Positions 31,377 through 40,175 of a stretch of 64,000 nt of DNA are shown here, piece after piece (position 1 is the first letter of the stretch; each line of letters opens with the position of its first letter). Below the pieces are notes generated by a model. That model worked only from the letters and a program-made list of their open reading frames with translations. It searched no databases and was not told where the DNA came from. Source of the stretch: Candidatus Pacebacteria bacterium CG_4_9_14_0_2_um_filter_40_15 (GTDB lineage: Bacteria; Patescibacteriota; Microgenomatia; UBA1400; PJMF01); contig PFRS01000005.1 in the NCBI GenBank assembly GCA_002788675.1, forward strand, positions 314,635 through 378,634. The letters are read 5' to 3'. A program made the position numbers and the translations under genes.

Positions 31377-31598
31377 TTATTCTATAGGGTTAGCTGGAGC
31401 ATCAACATTTACCTGTGGAGCCTCGACATTTATTTCTGGGGTTGGTACATTTACCTGGATTACTCTCCTGCTTTGCAATGCAGGAATCCCATACGTAACT
31501 AGTAAACCCAAGGAAACTATCAAGAAAACTACTACAATGATGAAGCCAAATCCACCAGAGTTTTGCTGTGGTGCTGGGTTATTTACAACTGTTGCCAT
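31377..31598 (-). CDS. Small single-TM protein
   Basis: TM plus repeated (I/V)NV.AP tail; AAGGAG SD. Confidence 0.7.
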   Translation of the reverse strand: MATVVNNPAPQQNSGGFGFIIVVVFLIVSLGLLVTYGIPALQSRRVIQVNVPTPEINVEAPQVNVDAPANPIE

Positions 31599-31715
31599 AT
31601 CACTCCTTTTATTTCAATTAATTATCTTCAAAGATAAGTATGCGCCGATTAATCACTAGATTCAGTGACTTGACACAGAAAAGGTTTGTGAGGGAAATTA
31701 CAAGTTAGCTGTGAG

Positions 31716-32375
31716 TTAAAGATTTTTTGTGCTAATGAGTTCTTGCTCTAACTTGGCAATATTACTAAAAATCATGTTATGATCGACAAATTCAACTAAT
31801 TTTTTTTGGGCTAATTTACCTAACTCAATACTAACTGTTTCTCTAGCGACCCCAACTAACGAGGCAATATCTTGATGAGTGAAACGATGCTGTACAATTA
31901 TTTTAGTCCCATTTTTATTACCAAAATAGGTAGCCAGGTAGAGTAGAACGGAAATAACTCTCCTGTACGCATCACTAAAAACTAAGTGTTCGATTCTTGC
32001 GAGTGATTCTTCATAGCGTCTGAGTAGTTCACACATTAGCTCAGAAATTAAATCTGGCTTGTTTTTAATAAACTCCAAGACCTGATTCTTTGGAGCTCTA
32101 CCAATCTCAACAGGTGTAAGTGCCTCATAAAAATATACGTTTGGCGTATTGTTGAAAGCCCATACCATGGGGAAATAGGAAATAGGTTGCAGAATATGTA
32201 AAGTTAATTCTTCACCAGTATGCGAAATAATATATTGGCGAACATATCCTTTAGTGAGGCAAAAAATACCTTGAGGGTCATCATCCGCCCTGATCAGCAT
32301 TTCTCCTTGTTTATACAATCGCAGTTGAAACTGAGAAAAAAATTCTTCAAATACTTTGGTTTTACTTTTATTCAC
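31716..32375 (-). CDS. Crp/Fnr family transcriptional regulator
   Basis: cNMP-fold N-terminal domain; HTH THQDIASLVGVARETVS. Confidence 0.92.
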   Translation of the reverse strand: MNKSKTKVFEEFFSQFQLRLYKQGEMLIRADDDPQGIFCLTKGYVRQYIISHTGEELTLHILQPISYFPMVWAFNNTPNVYFYEALTPVEIGRAPKNQVLEFIKNKPDLISELMCELLRRYEESLARIEHLVFSDAYRRVISVLLYLATYFGNKNGTKIIVQHRFTHQDIASLVGVARETVSIELGKLAQKKLVEFVDHNMIFSNIAKLEQELISTKNL

Positions 32376-32426
32376 TATCTTGATTATAGCCTATGCATAG
32401 CAAAATTTGTGAGCAATAGAGGTTAA

Positions 32427-32525
32427 TGGCTCGCCGTGATGGACGATATTCGAACTGAGCTATTCAAAAAATCATTTCCATATTTGTCATATTCAGAAAT
32501 AGAAAACTTGCTAAATACAATTTAA
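32427..32525 (+). repeat. Left attachment junction carrying the displaced recombinase C-terminus
   Basis: TGGCTC equals the tRNA 3' GAGCCA on the minus strand; GCTC core shared with 41768-41771; in-frame tail AVMDDIRTELFKKSFPYLSYSEIENLLNTI*. Confidence 0.7.
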
Positions 32526-32529
32526 AAAG

Positions 32530-33426
32530 CTAATCTTTCAAAGATGATATATCAATGCTTTCGGAAATATCACCTGGGTTTAAATCTAATTGAAAATATT
32601 GACTTCCGTCACTGCCTTTTGAATTTATTTCTATTTCTAAATTAACTGGCTTCTCATTAATAGTGATAAAAAGATAGTCATTGAAAAAAAATGCACCTTG
32701 CTCAGGCTTGATTTCAGAAATATCACAGCTTGCAAGTCTGTCAGAACATTGAATGTTTGTTCTGTAATTTCTAGTAATGTCAATATTAGGTAAAAATGAA
32801 GACAATCCCATTAAATAATTGTCACAAGTCGGCGTAGGTTTTTCTGGTAAATTTAAATCATAAATAGAGTCCTTAATATATCCCTCTGAAAGCCTTGCAT
32901 TTATTGATATACGTTCATCGTACCTATCTGAGTTAACCTTTAGCATAAAACAAATAGTATTTTTACCACTCTTGAAATATGAGTCCAATCTTTCAATATA
33001 ATCTTGAAGCAATTCGATGTAATCGGCTACATCTTGCCTTGATTTAATTCCATCAAAAGGAAATCTGATTAATGGATTAACTAAATTTGGTAGTTCTTCT
33101 TCCAATTCTTGAATCTCATCTTTAATTGCCCGCACTGTCTCTTCGGCTGTTAACTTATAAAAACTTGCATCTATTTCAAACTTTGTAGTTGAGTTTTTAC
33201 TCTTTTCATTTGCAATATATTCTTTTCTCCACACATTATATATGGATATAAAAACAATGATTATTAAATAATAATTAGTCAGACTTTTGGGTAAAGTATA
33301 TGCGTCACCATTGCTGATATAAACAGAAATAAAATCATAAACAGATGGGAGCAACAATGCCAAATTTGACCACTGCAAAAAAACTCTACTGATAAATATG
33401 TAAATTTTAATAATTTCTTTCTTCAT
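32530..33426 (-). CDS. Hypothetical protein with two N-terminal hydrophobic helices and a coiled coil
   Basis: ATGA overlap with the CHAT gene at 33423-33426. Confidence 0.75.
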   Translation of the reverse strand: MKKEIIKIYIFISRVFLQWSNLALLLPSVYDFISVYISNGDAYTLPKSLTNYYLIIIVFISIYNVWRKEYIANEKSKNSTTKFEIDASFYKLTAEETVRAIKDEIQELEEELPNLVNPLIRFPFDGIKSRQDVADYIELLQDYIERLDSYFKSGKNTICFMLKVNSDRYDERISINARLSEGYIKDSIYDLNLPEKPTPTCDNYLMGLSSFLPNIDITRNYRTNIQCSDRLASCDISEIKPEQGAFFFNDYLFITINEKPVNLEIEINSKGSDGSQYFQLDLNPGDISESIDISSLKD

Positions 33427-35249
33427 AATTTCTCAAGTTCATTTTTCAAAAAATAGGCAGCAGACATGTGGTTTTTTGCAATGCTTTTATCTAAATCTCT
33501 ACTTAGCACTCTCTTACTTCTTCTTTCTATATCTCTGCTCAATCTATGTTTTAGTTCAATTAAATTTTCATTTTCTGTTCCTTCAAACTTAAACTTTAAA
33601 AAATGACATCCAGTGATTACATATACCTTTTCATCCAATCCTGCTTCCTCTTGGCTTTCCCACAAAGCTTTTGGGAAAGGTGCGCTCATATTTATTGTCT
33701 TATTAAAAAATAACTTAGCTACATTTACAGCATCAGTATTTTTTACAGATTTAACTGTTCCAATATAAGTTGATGCGCCCCCGTAAATGAAATTACTTGA
33801 AAGCACATGATTTGAGATGCAAGCATTATTAAAAACAAAAGGAAAGGACTCTGGGTCAGACAAACTTGAAAATGATGGAATAAAGTTCTTTGAAACTCCT
33901 TTTGTAACTATTACATTACAATAATTTACGTTTTTCACTTTTCTCTGTTTTAAAACTTTCCAATCTTTTCTCTTCAACTTTGAGAACTCTGACACTATTT
34001 TTTTCGATGAACCCGGTTTATAAGTTTTCTCATACCATGGGCTTCCATCTAACTCTACAAATTCATAGAAGCTTTTAACATTAATTATGGCATCTTCACC
34101 TGTCCCAAAACCTGTGGGTTCGAAGGAATCTATAGCATCAACCACTATGACATGCTCACAGCCTCTACTATCAACAAACTGTATATCAAACCTTTGACCT
34201 TCTGGAAGTCCTCCATGACTACATATAAACAATAAATCGTAGGGATAAAACTGAATAGAATTGCTTAATTCGTAGTTTGTAAATTGATTATCCCAAAACT
34301 CTTTGGTAATAACTTCTTTTTGAGCCAACAAGTCACTCACATCATCTGTTTCAGAATCAGAAAAGAATCCAGTATCTACGAGAAGCGCTGATTTCACGAT
34401 TATTTCAGGGTTTGCTATTGATTCAGCGATAAAGTAGCCAGGCATTATTCGTCCTAAAATATGAGTTGATGCAATATTAGGATAGAAATAACCATAAGGA
34501 ATTTCATCAGTATAAAATGTCACAAAATCATAAGCTTCGATTTCACCAAAGTCCGCATCTAGCTCTGATTTTATACTTGCATTAATTTCTCTAGCTACAT
34601 CGCCTCTCGCTTCATTTGAATCATTATCAAAAATCAAAGCGGCAATTTCTTTAGAGGAATATTCTAAATCTGTTTGTATGAATTTAATATCAGCGTTAAT
34701 GGAAAACGCATAGTTAGCAACTATGACAGGAGACAACTCATCATCAATATCGTAATAAACACAATGCTTACTTGTTTGTTTAAATGAATATTTATAATTA
34801 GCTTTATTCGTAATTACCAATCTTTGTTTGTTCTTTTTTGCTATTAAAAGTGCTTGAGCAACTTTCTGTTTTTCTGGCTCACATTCTAAATTCCCCTCAA
34901 ACACAATATTCATTGGTTCTGCGATTTCCGACTTTATTTGAGATTTTTTTGTTACTGTTATGTATCTTTCTTCTGGAATTCGCAATTGGTCTTTGATGAT
35001 TTTAATGTATTTAGGATTAACACCCGCAAAAATACATATCTCAGGCCTAATCTTAGCCAAAATATTGTTTAGCTTTATTAATTCGTTACTCCAGTCATCT
35101 CTCAAAAACCTTGGTAATTCAAAAACACAAAAATAATCATTTGGTTCATAAAAACAACTTGATATTTGAGCAGCTAATATATGGTTCCCACTTATACATA
35201 TAACTTTATTTTTTATTGTCGGTGCGTTATCTGAATAGCTATGCATCAA
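33423..35249 (-). CDS. CHAT/caspase-like cysteine protease
   Basis: YDLLFICSHGG (His), PFVFNNAC (Cys) and GASTYIGT...AKLFF...KALW, matching the CHAT pattern. Confidence 0.7.
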   Translation of the reverse strand: MMHSYSDNAPTIKNKVICISGNHILAAQISSCFYEPNDYFCVFELPRFLRDDWSNELIKLNNILAKIRPEICIFAGVNPKYIKIIKDQLRIPEERYITVTKKSQIKSEIAEPMNIVFEGNLECEPEKQKVAQALLIAKKNKQRLVITNKANYKYSFKQTSKHCVYYDIDDELSPVIVANYAFSINADIKFIQTDLEYSSKEIAALIFDNDSNEARGDVAREINASIKSELDADFGEIEAYDFVTFYTDEIPYGYFYPNIASTHILGRIMPGYFIAESIANPEIIVKSALLVDTGFFSDSETDDVSDLLAQKEVITKEFWDNQFTNYELSNSIQFYPYDLLFICSHGGLPEGQRFDIQFVDSRGCEHVIVVDAIDSFEPTGFGTGEDAIINVKSFYEFVELDGSPWYEKTYKPGSSKKIVSEFSKLKRKDWKVLKQRKVKNVNYCNVIVTKGVSKNFIPSFSSLSDPESFPFVFNNACISNHVLSSNFIYGGASTYIGTVKSVKNTDAVNVAKLFFNKTINMSAPFPKALWESQEEAGLDEKVYVITGCHFLKFKFEGTENENLIELKHRLSRDIERRSKRVLSRDLDKSIAKNHMSAAYFLKNELEKL

Positions 35250-35252
35250 TTT

Positions 35253-35924
35253 TTAATCCTGTCTCTCTTGCCAAGGGGCTATATTGCTCTCCCCAGTTTC
35301 TTCTGTTCTTACTTCTCTAGGACTAATGACCTCTTTACTAAAAACAATATCTGGTAAATCATATTTCTTATCGTATTCAAATGCCTCTTTTCCAACGTTA
35401 ATTTCAAAAACAGATGTTGTGGGGTTTACTACAACCAACTCAGCAATTGTATCCGGGTGGTTTCTCACATTCCTAACTGCCCATATTGGATAATCTATTA
35501 ACTTCTCATTTGCATACTTCTTTATCTCTTCATAATCAACACCATCTGTAGTAAATAAATGTACAAGCATCAAATATTCTGAAGAATAAGCTCCGCTCAA
35601 TTTCCTAGTCCTAATGAGCTGTTCAAGCAAAGACTCTTTAGATTTACGATAGCTAGTTAATTCAATAGTGGTTATATCCATTGACACACCATTTGGCTGC
35701 ATGAGATATGCATCTGGCGGGTCTTGCAGCGGCATTCGTAGATAAGTTGGCAAACCTCTAATTTTACTCAACACAAACGCTGCTATTGCAGCAATTCTAG
35801 ACTCTCTGACTACCTTATTCTCAGGTTTTATTAAAGCCCCAACACCTTGCTCCTGTTCAAATTTTTGAATATGCATGAATGTGTTTGTCGGAGAATGCCA
35901 TCTTTTATTAAATTGTCTTTTCAT
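35253..35924 (-). CDS. Hypothetical protein, PD-(D/E)xK nuclease-like
   Basis: DPPDAYL...IELT motif; stop codon 3 nt before the CHAT start. Confidence 0.5.
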   Translation of the reverse strand: MKRQFNKRWHSPTNTFMHIQKFEQEQGVGALIKPENKVVRESRIAAIAAFVLSKIRGLPTYLRMPLQDPPDAYLMQPNGVSMDITTIELTSYRKSKESLLEQLIRTRKLSGAYSSEYLMLVHLFTTDGVDYEEIKKYANEKLIDYPIWAVRNVRNHPDTIAELVVVNPTTSVFEINVGKEAFEYDKKYDLPDIVFSKEVISPREVRTEETGESNIAPWQERQD

Positions 35925-36023
35925 CTTGATTTTATTGTATCAAAATAAAACATTTATAATAAAATGGATTTATGATATTGACTGGCGATTTATTAATTCT
36001 GATTTAAGGTAGTGCTTCTAACA

Positions 36024-36836
36024 CTATCCCTTAGCAATTGCGTCAGCCCAACTGTATTTATCATCTTTGTAAATCTTTTTCATTTTTCTATCAAAATCTC
36101 TCCAATTTTTTACCAACTCTGGCATCTCAATCTTTTGTTCGTGAGGAAGTCCTATATCTGCATTGAAATTTAGCGGATTAATTTGAAAACCATTTTTTGT
36201 AACTAGTGCAATCTGCAAATGTTTGCTCACACCCGGATGAGGATTTCTAAAAACATCGTATGACAATACAACTCCCAATACCTGTGCGTAACCAAATTGA
36301 TTTCCTACCTCCATCTGCATAAGCTTCTCAGGCTCACTATGAATTCTTTCCAAATCATCTAGATAGACTTGCTTATTGTTACCACTTCCAATCGATAAAG
36401 GACTATGCACCCTTGAAGCTTCATACTCAAAACTGGGTGCTTTTAACTTCGCTACAAAAGACTTTGGTTGTCCTTTACTCCCATTATCTGCTATAGGGTC
36501 TACTGCAACTATAATCATGGAGAACGGTCTTTTCTTTTCTTCAGGAAGCTTTGAGTATAGTTCTTTCGCCCTTTTACCCCACTCTCTGGCTAATTGGTCA
36601 GGAATCCATCCTCCTTTACTCCTGGATGACATAAAGTCCCTTAAGGCTTGAGTAAACATAAACCCTGTTTCTATATCACCACTAAAACCAGACATAGCAA
36701 ACTCACCTACTGGATATATTTTTTGAACAACATCATGGAAATCTTCTTTACCATCAGGGAAAGATACAGTAGCTTGAACATCAGAGATTAAAACACCATA
36801 GCCAAACATTGTAGGAATACCAATAACCCAAGTCAT
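36024..36836 (-). CDS. Proteasome beta-subunit-like Ntn hydrolase
   Basis: N-terminal Thr (M-TWVIG), ISD, QKI, GFSG and IGSG in the order seen in beta subunits and HslV. Confidence 0.7.
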   Translation of the reverse strand: MTWVIGIPTMFGYGVLISDVQATVSFPDGKEDFHDVVQKIYPVGEFAMSGFSGDIETGFMFTQALRDFMSSRSKGGWIPDQLAREWGKRAKELYSKLPEEKKRPFSMIIVAVDPIADNGSKGQPKSFVAKLKAPSFEYEASRVHSPLSIGSGNNKQVYLDDLERIHSEPEKLMQMEVGNQFGYAQVLGVVLSYDVFRNPHPGVSKHLQIALVTKNGFQINPLNFNADIGLPHEQKIEMPELVKNWRDFDRKMKKIYKDDKYSWADAIAKG

Positions 36837-36870
36837 ATACCAATTATAACCCGAAAATAATTATTGCGAT

Positions 36871-37179
36871 TTAAGAACTTAAGTATTGCTCTTTACACTC
36901 TTTGCGAAGATTATCTCTGCCGTTTGATGTTGCATCATATAATCTTGTGCAATCTTCTCCCTCAAGTCCATTATTCTCACAAGCTCTAGGAAGTGCTTCT
37001 ATGTTGTTAGAGTACCATTCTTCAGCTTTACCTAAGCAGGATTCATATTGTTCCTGTCTGTCTTTTAGAGCCTCTTCCTCTTTAATTTTATCCTGTCTCC
37101 ACATAATGAATATTCCTAATATCGTGAACGAAATTATTAATGCTGCGATTACAAGTGAATTTATTTTTTTCATATTCAT
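36871..37179 (-). CDS. Small single-TM protein with four Cys
   Basis: N-terminal TM; helical domain with Cys pairs. Confidence 0.65.
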   Translation of the reverse strand: MNMKKINSLVIAALIISFTILGIFIMWRQDKIKEEEALKDRQEQYESCLGKAEEWYSNNIEALPRACENNGLEGEDCTRLYDATSNGRDNLRKECKEQYLSS

Positions 37180-37236
37180 ATTTTACTATGAATACTGCGT
37201 TGTTGCATACTGCGGAATAGTCAAGAATTACTCTTG

Positions 37237-37455
37237 ATGGAAGAAAAGCAAAAAGTAACAGAACTAGTGGGAGATGAAATTCGAAAACACAGAGAAGAAT
37301 CTGGTCTTTCGCAGGAAGAACTTTCAGCAAAAGCTGGTTTATATAGAACCTATGTTGGTCATGTAGAAGTAGGTCGTTACACACCTTCAATCTATACTCT
37401 CTTCAAGATAGCCAGAGCTCTCAAAGTTAAAGTCTCAGAAATAATACCCTTTTAG
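37237..37455 (+). CDS. XRE/HTH_3 regulator (controller-protein-like)
   Basis: GLSQEELSAKAGLYRTYVGHVEVG...SIYTLFKIARAL. Confidence 0.9.
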   Translation: MEEKQKVTELVGDEIRKHREESGLSQEELSAKAGLYRTYVGHVEVGRYTPSIYTLFKIARALKVKVSEIIPF

Positions 37456-37633
37456 TGGGAAAAGACCCCTTATTCCCATATATGGAAAAAACTTTCTCTT
37501 TAATGAGAGAAGGTTAATAGCCTATGGGGGGGCTGGACATGGTAAAAACCCACCAAATAATTTCTGATATTGCAGTCTCAGCTCAAAAATTCGCACTAAA
37601 TTTTGTACTCGTATCTTATACAATATAGTTAAT

Positions 37634-38323
37634 ATGAGTATGATTATGGATAATGAAGAACTACATGAAGCTATTGCAGACTTTAGCATGAGTGAGCTTA
37701 GTGAAGTGAAAGACTTACTGGTTGAAATTATCTCAAGTTACAAAAACTTTCATAAGGATGAACTGGCATTTAGTATTCAAGTTGATACTAAAAAAAAGAG
37801 AACTATTTACCTTTTAGAAGGTTTACTATCACATGCTGATATCTACTACACTCCAAGCACATTACGATGGTCTAAAGATGGTGAATACTTAGTTGATTTT
37901 GGTGCAAAGGATGGTGATTGGCTTGAATACTCAGCAGTATCTACACTAGAGCAAATACGAAAAGCAATTAATGACAGACTTGTAAATCAAGCTGATTCAA
38001 AATTGAAGCTATCAACCAAAAACAACTTGATTCATATTGTGCATTACAGAAAAGATGGCTCAATAGTTACAGCAAAAATTTTAGGAAATTCTAATAGTGG
38101 AAAAATTTTAAGTTCTTTGAGAAAGAATTCAGCGATGACTCTAAGTGAATTATCTAAAGTCATGAATGAACCAAGAAAACATGCCGATAGTCCTCTTCCA
38201 GAAAAGAGAGTCCACGATGCCATCAAATACATTAGAGATAAACTCAAAATTGAAGCTAACTCACCAAATGACATTTTCAATATCGTTGGCAAAGAATGCC
38301 AGCTAATCATTCCTACTGAATAA
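37634..38323 (+). CDS. Hypothetical protein with C-terminal winged-helix
   Basis: MTLSELSKVM...RVHDAIKYIRDKL resembles an OmpR-type wHTH. Confidence 0.55.
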   Translation: MSMIMDNEELHEAIADFSMSELSEVKDLLVEIISSYKNFHKDELAFSIQVDTKKKRTIYLLEGLLSHADIYYTPSTLRWSKDGEYLVDFGAKDGDWLEYSAVSTLEQIRKAINDRLVNQADSKLKLSTKNNLIHIVHYRKDGSIVTAKILGNSNSGKILSSLRKNSAMTLSELSKVMNEPRKHADSPLPEKRVHDAIKYIRDKLKIEANSPNDIFNIVGKECQLIIPTE

Positions 38324-38351
38324 ACTTCCATAACTTCCGAAAAAATCCGAC

Positions 38352-38388
38352 AAACTCTTGGCTAAATTGCTAAGAGTTTTTTGTTTTT
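38352..38388 (+). terminator. Intrinsic terminator
   Basis: AAACTCTTGGC-taaatt-GCTAAGAGTTT followed by a T-tract. Confidence 0.65.
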
Positions 38389-38421
38389 AACCGAAGTAAA
38401 TTACTAGAGAATATATCTAGT

Positions 38422-38670
38422 ATGAAGAACAAAACGAATTATTATAGCTCTGATTTATCACTGGTCACTACTCTTTCTTTAGACTTTCCAATCATTGGAA
38501 TAGATAGAAGAAATCCATCTAGGATTATCTTTGAATTTGAAAGCTCTAGAGAATTATCCGCCCGAATAAAAGAATACTGGAATGCTGAATTATTTATTGA
38601 GCCACAACGATTTTTTACACAACTAAAGTATATAAAAGCACAAGTATTTGGGAGGCCTAATGCTGAGTAA
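38422..38670 (+). CDS. DUF5659-like protein
   Basis: SSDLSL...IIFEFE...YWNAELFIEPQRFF...LK. Confidence 0.7.
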   Translation: MKNKTNYYSSDLSLVTTLSLDFPIIGIDRRNPSRIIFEFESSRELSARIKEYWNAELFIEPQRFFTQLKYIKAQVFGRPNAE

Positions 38671-38836
38671 TAAATCAGTAATCAGCCTCCAGCAAGTCAT
38701 GAACGAAGATGGTTTACATCTAAACCAAGAAGAGACAAGGTCTCTTGGTGAGTTGTTAGTCAGTATAGGACTTCAATTAAAAATGAGTATTAAAAATAAT
38801 AATGAATATGAAAATAAAAACACAAAGCGTAGTTGA
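38660..38836 (+). CDS. Small hypothetical protein
   Basis: GGAGG SD before ATG; overlaps both neighbours. Confidence 0.5.
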   Translation: MLSNKSVISLQQVMNEDGLHLNQEETRSLGELLVSIGLQLKMSIKNNNEYENKNTKRS

Positions 38837-39644
38837 TACTGCACACTATTTTCTATCACAACGAGTAAGCATTATTCCTGTCACAAAAGACAAGAAGCCG
38901 TATGCAGGGTTTAGTTGGGATGCATATAAAAAACGCTTTCCCACTCAGGATGAAATAGATATCTGGTTTAGATATGTATATCCAAATGCAAATTTAGCCA
39001 TAGTAACTGGAGCGCTTTCAAAACTAATAATACTAGATATAGACCCCAGAAATGGTGGTGATATATCTTTGTTAAAAAACAATAAAAGCCCATCAGTTTC
39101 AACACCAAACAATGGAAAACACATATATTTCAGACCAACTAACCTTGTAAAATCTGCCAAGCATAGTGCACTAGGATATGACCTACTCTATGAAGCTTTA
39201 GCTCTTGTCCCGCCCTCCCTTACAGTAAATGGTGCATATGAATGGATAAACTCATTTAATAGAAATAACATAGAAGAGTTTCCAAAATATTTACTTAGCA
39301 AGCTAGAACTCATTCAACCTAAACAGAATGAAGCTTCTGCCAAACCACTTAGTCAAAAAAAAGGCAATCAAAAAACTCAGTTAAGAGGTATTGAGGTTAG
39401 GCACGCACGAGATTATCCCCTAGATAGATTGCTATTAAGTGATGGTGTAAATCTCATCCAACGAACAAATAGCTACCACCTTACCTGCCCATTTCATAGT
39501 GATAGGAAGTCTTCAGCTGTTTACTATCCATCCACCAACTTGGTTTATTGCTTCAAATGTTCAAGAGCATTTAATCCAATTGATTACCTAACGATAGCAA
39601 AAGGTTATTCATTCAGGGAAGCCTTAAAGGAATTAACAGAATGA
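38802..39644 (+). CDS. Bifunctional primase-polymerase (PrimPol) with CHC2 zinc finger
   Basis: KKP, NLAIVTG, ILDID, TPNNGKHIYF, VPPS and CPFH...YCFKC. Confidence 0.85.
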   Translation: MNMKIKTQSVVDTAHYFLSQRVSIIPVTKDKKPYAGFSWDAYKKRFPTQDEIDIWFRYVYPNANLAIVTGALSKLIILDIDPRNGGDISLLKNNKSPSVSTPNNGKHIYFRPTNLVKSAKHSALGYDLLYEALALVPPSLTVNGAYEWINSFNRNNIEEFPKYLLSKLELIQPKQNEASAKPLSQKKGNQKTQLRGIEVRHARDYPLDRLLLSDGVNLIQRTNSYHLTCPFHSDRKSSAVYYPSTNLVYCFKCSRAFNPIDYLTIAKGYSFREALKELTE

Positions 39645-40051
39645 AAAGCAAGGCATTAAGAATAAAAGAAAAGAGAACAAAAGGTTTTCTTAAATTTCCA
39701 AGAAAACTTATTGAGCTTGTTCTCAGTGGAGATGTATCTGATAGAGCTTTCAGTCTATACCTGGTTATTATCAACCTTGCTGTTTATTCTGAAAATAGTT
39801 CCTACTATGGATGCCTTGAACTTAATCCTCATAACCTTTCAGAAATTTTCTCTAAATCTTCAAATACAGTTAGCAAAAACTTTAATGAACTTCTCTCACT
39901 TGGTCTCATTAACAAAGTAGACAAAGATTTGATTGAGGTTATCAACTTCAAAAAACTGTTTGATGATACTCAATATATGGAGGAAGCTTCCTCAGATTTA
40001 GTTAATAAAGTTTCAAAAATGAGAGGAGAAATATCACATATGAAAAGCTAA
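39641..40051 (+). CDS. HTH replication-associated protein
   Basis: FLKFPR...LYL...LSEIFSKSSNTVSKNFNELLSLGLI; ATGA overlap with PrimPol. Confidence 0.6.
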   Translation: MKSKALRIKEKRTKGFLKFPRKLIELVLSGDVSDRAFSLYLVIINLAVYSENSSYYGCLELNPHNLSEIFSKSSNTVSKNFNELLSLGLINKVDKDLIEVINFKKLFDDTQYMEEASSDLVNKVSKMRGEISHMKS

Positions 40052-40175
40052 GCAGCACTTTTCACCTATGTACTGGTGAATTTAAATGCTTATTAAGGTT
40101 CTTAATGTTATTAGGTTTCTTAGTAAGAAATACATAAACAATAAAGTATATATACCTGTGAATACGTAGGTTAGA

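Noticed and set aside
31652-31678. CRP box upstream of the small stress genes
   Set aside because: TCACT-N6-AGTGA has the half-sites in inverse order and the alternative reading has the wrong spacing; unsupported.
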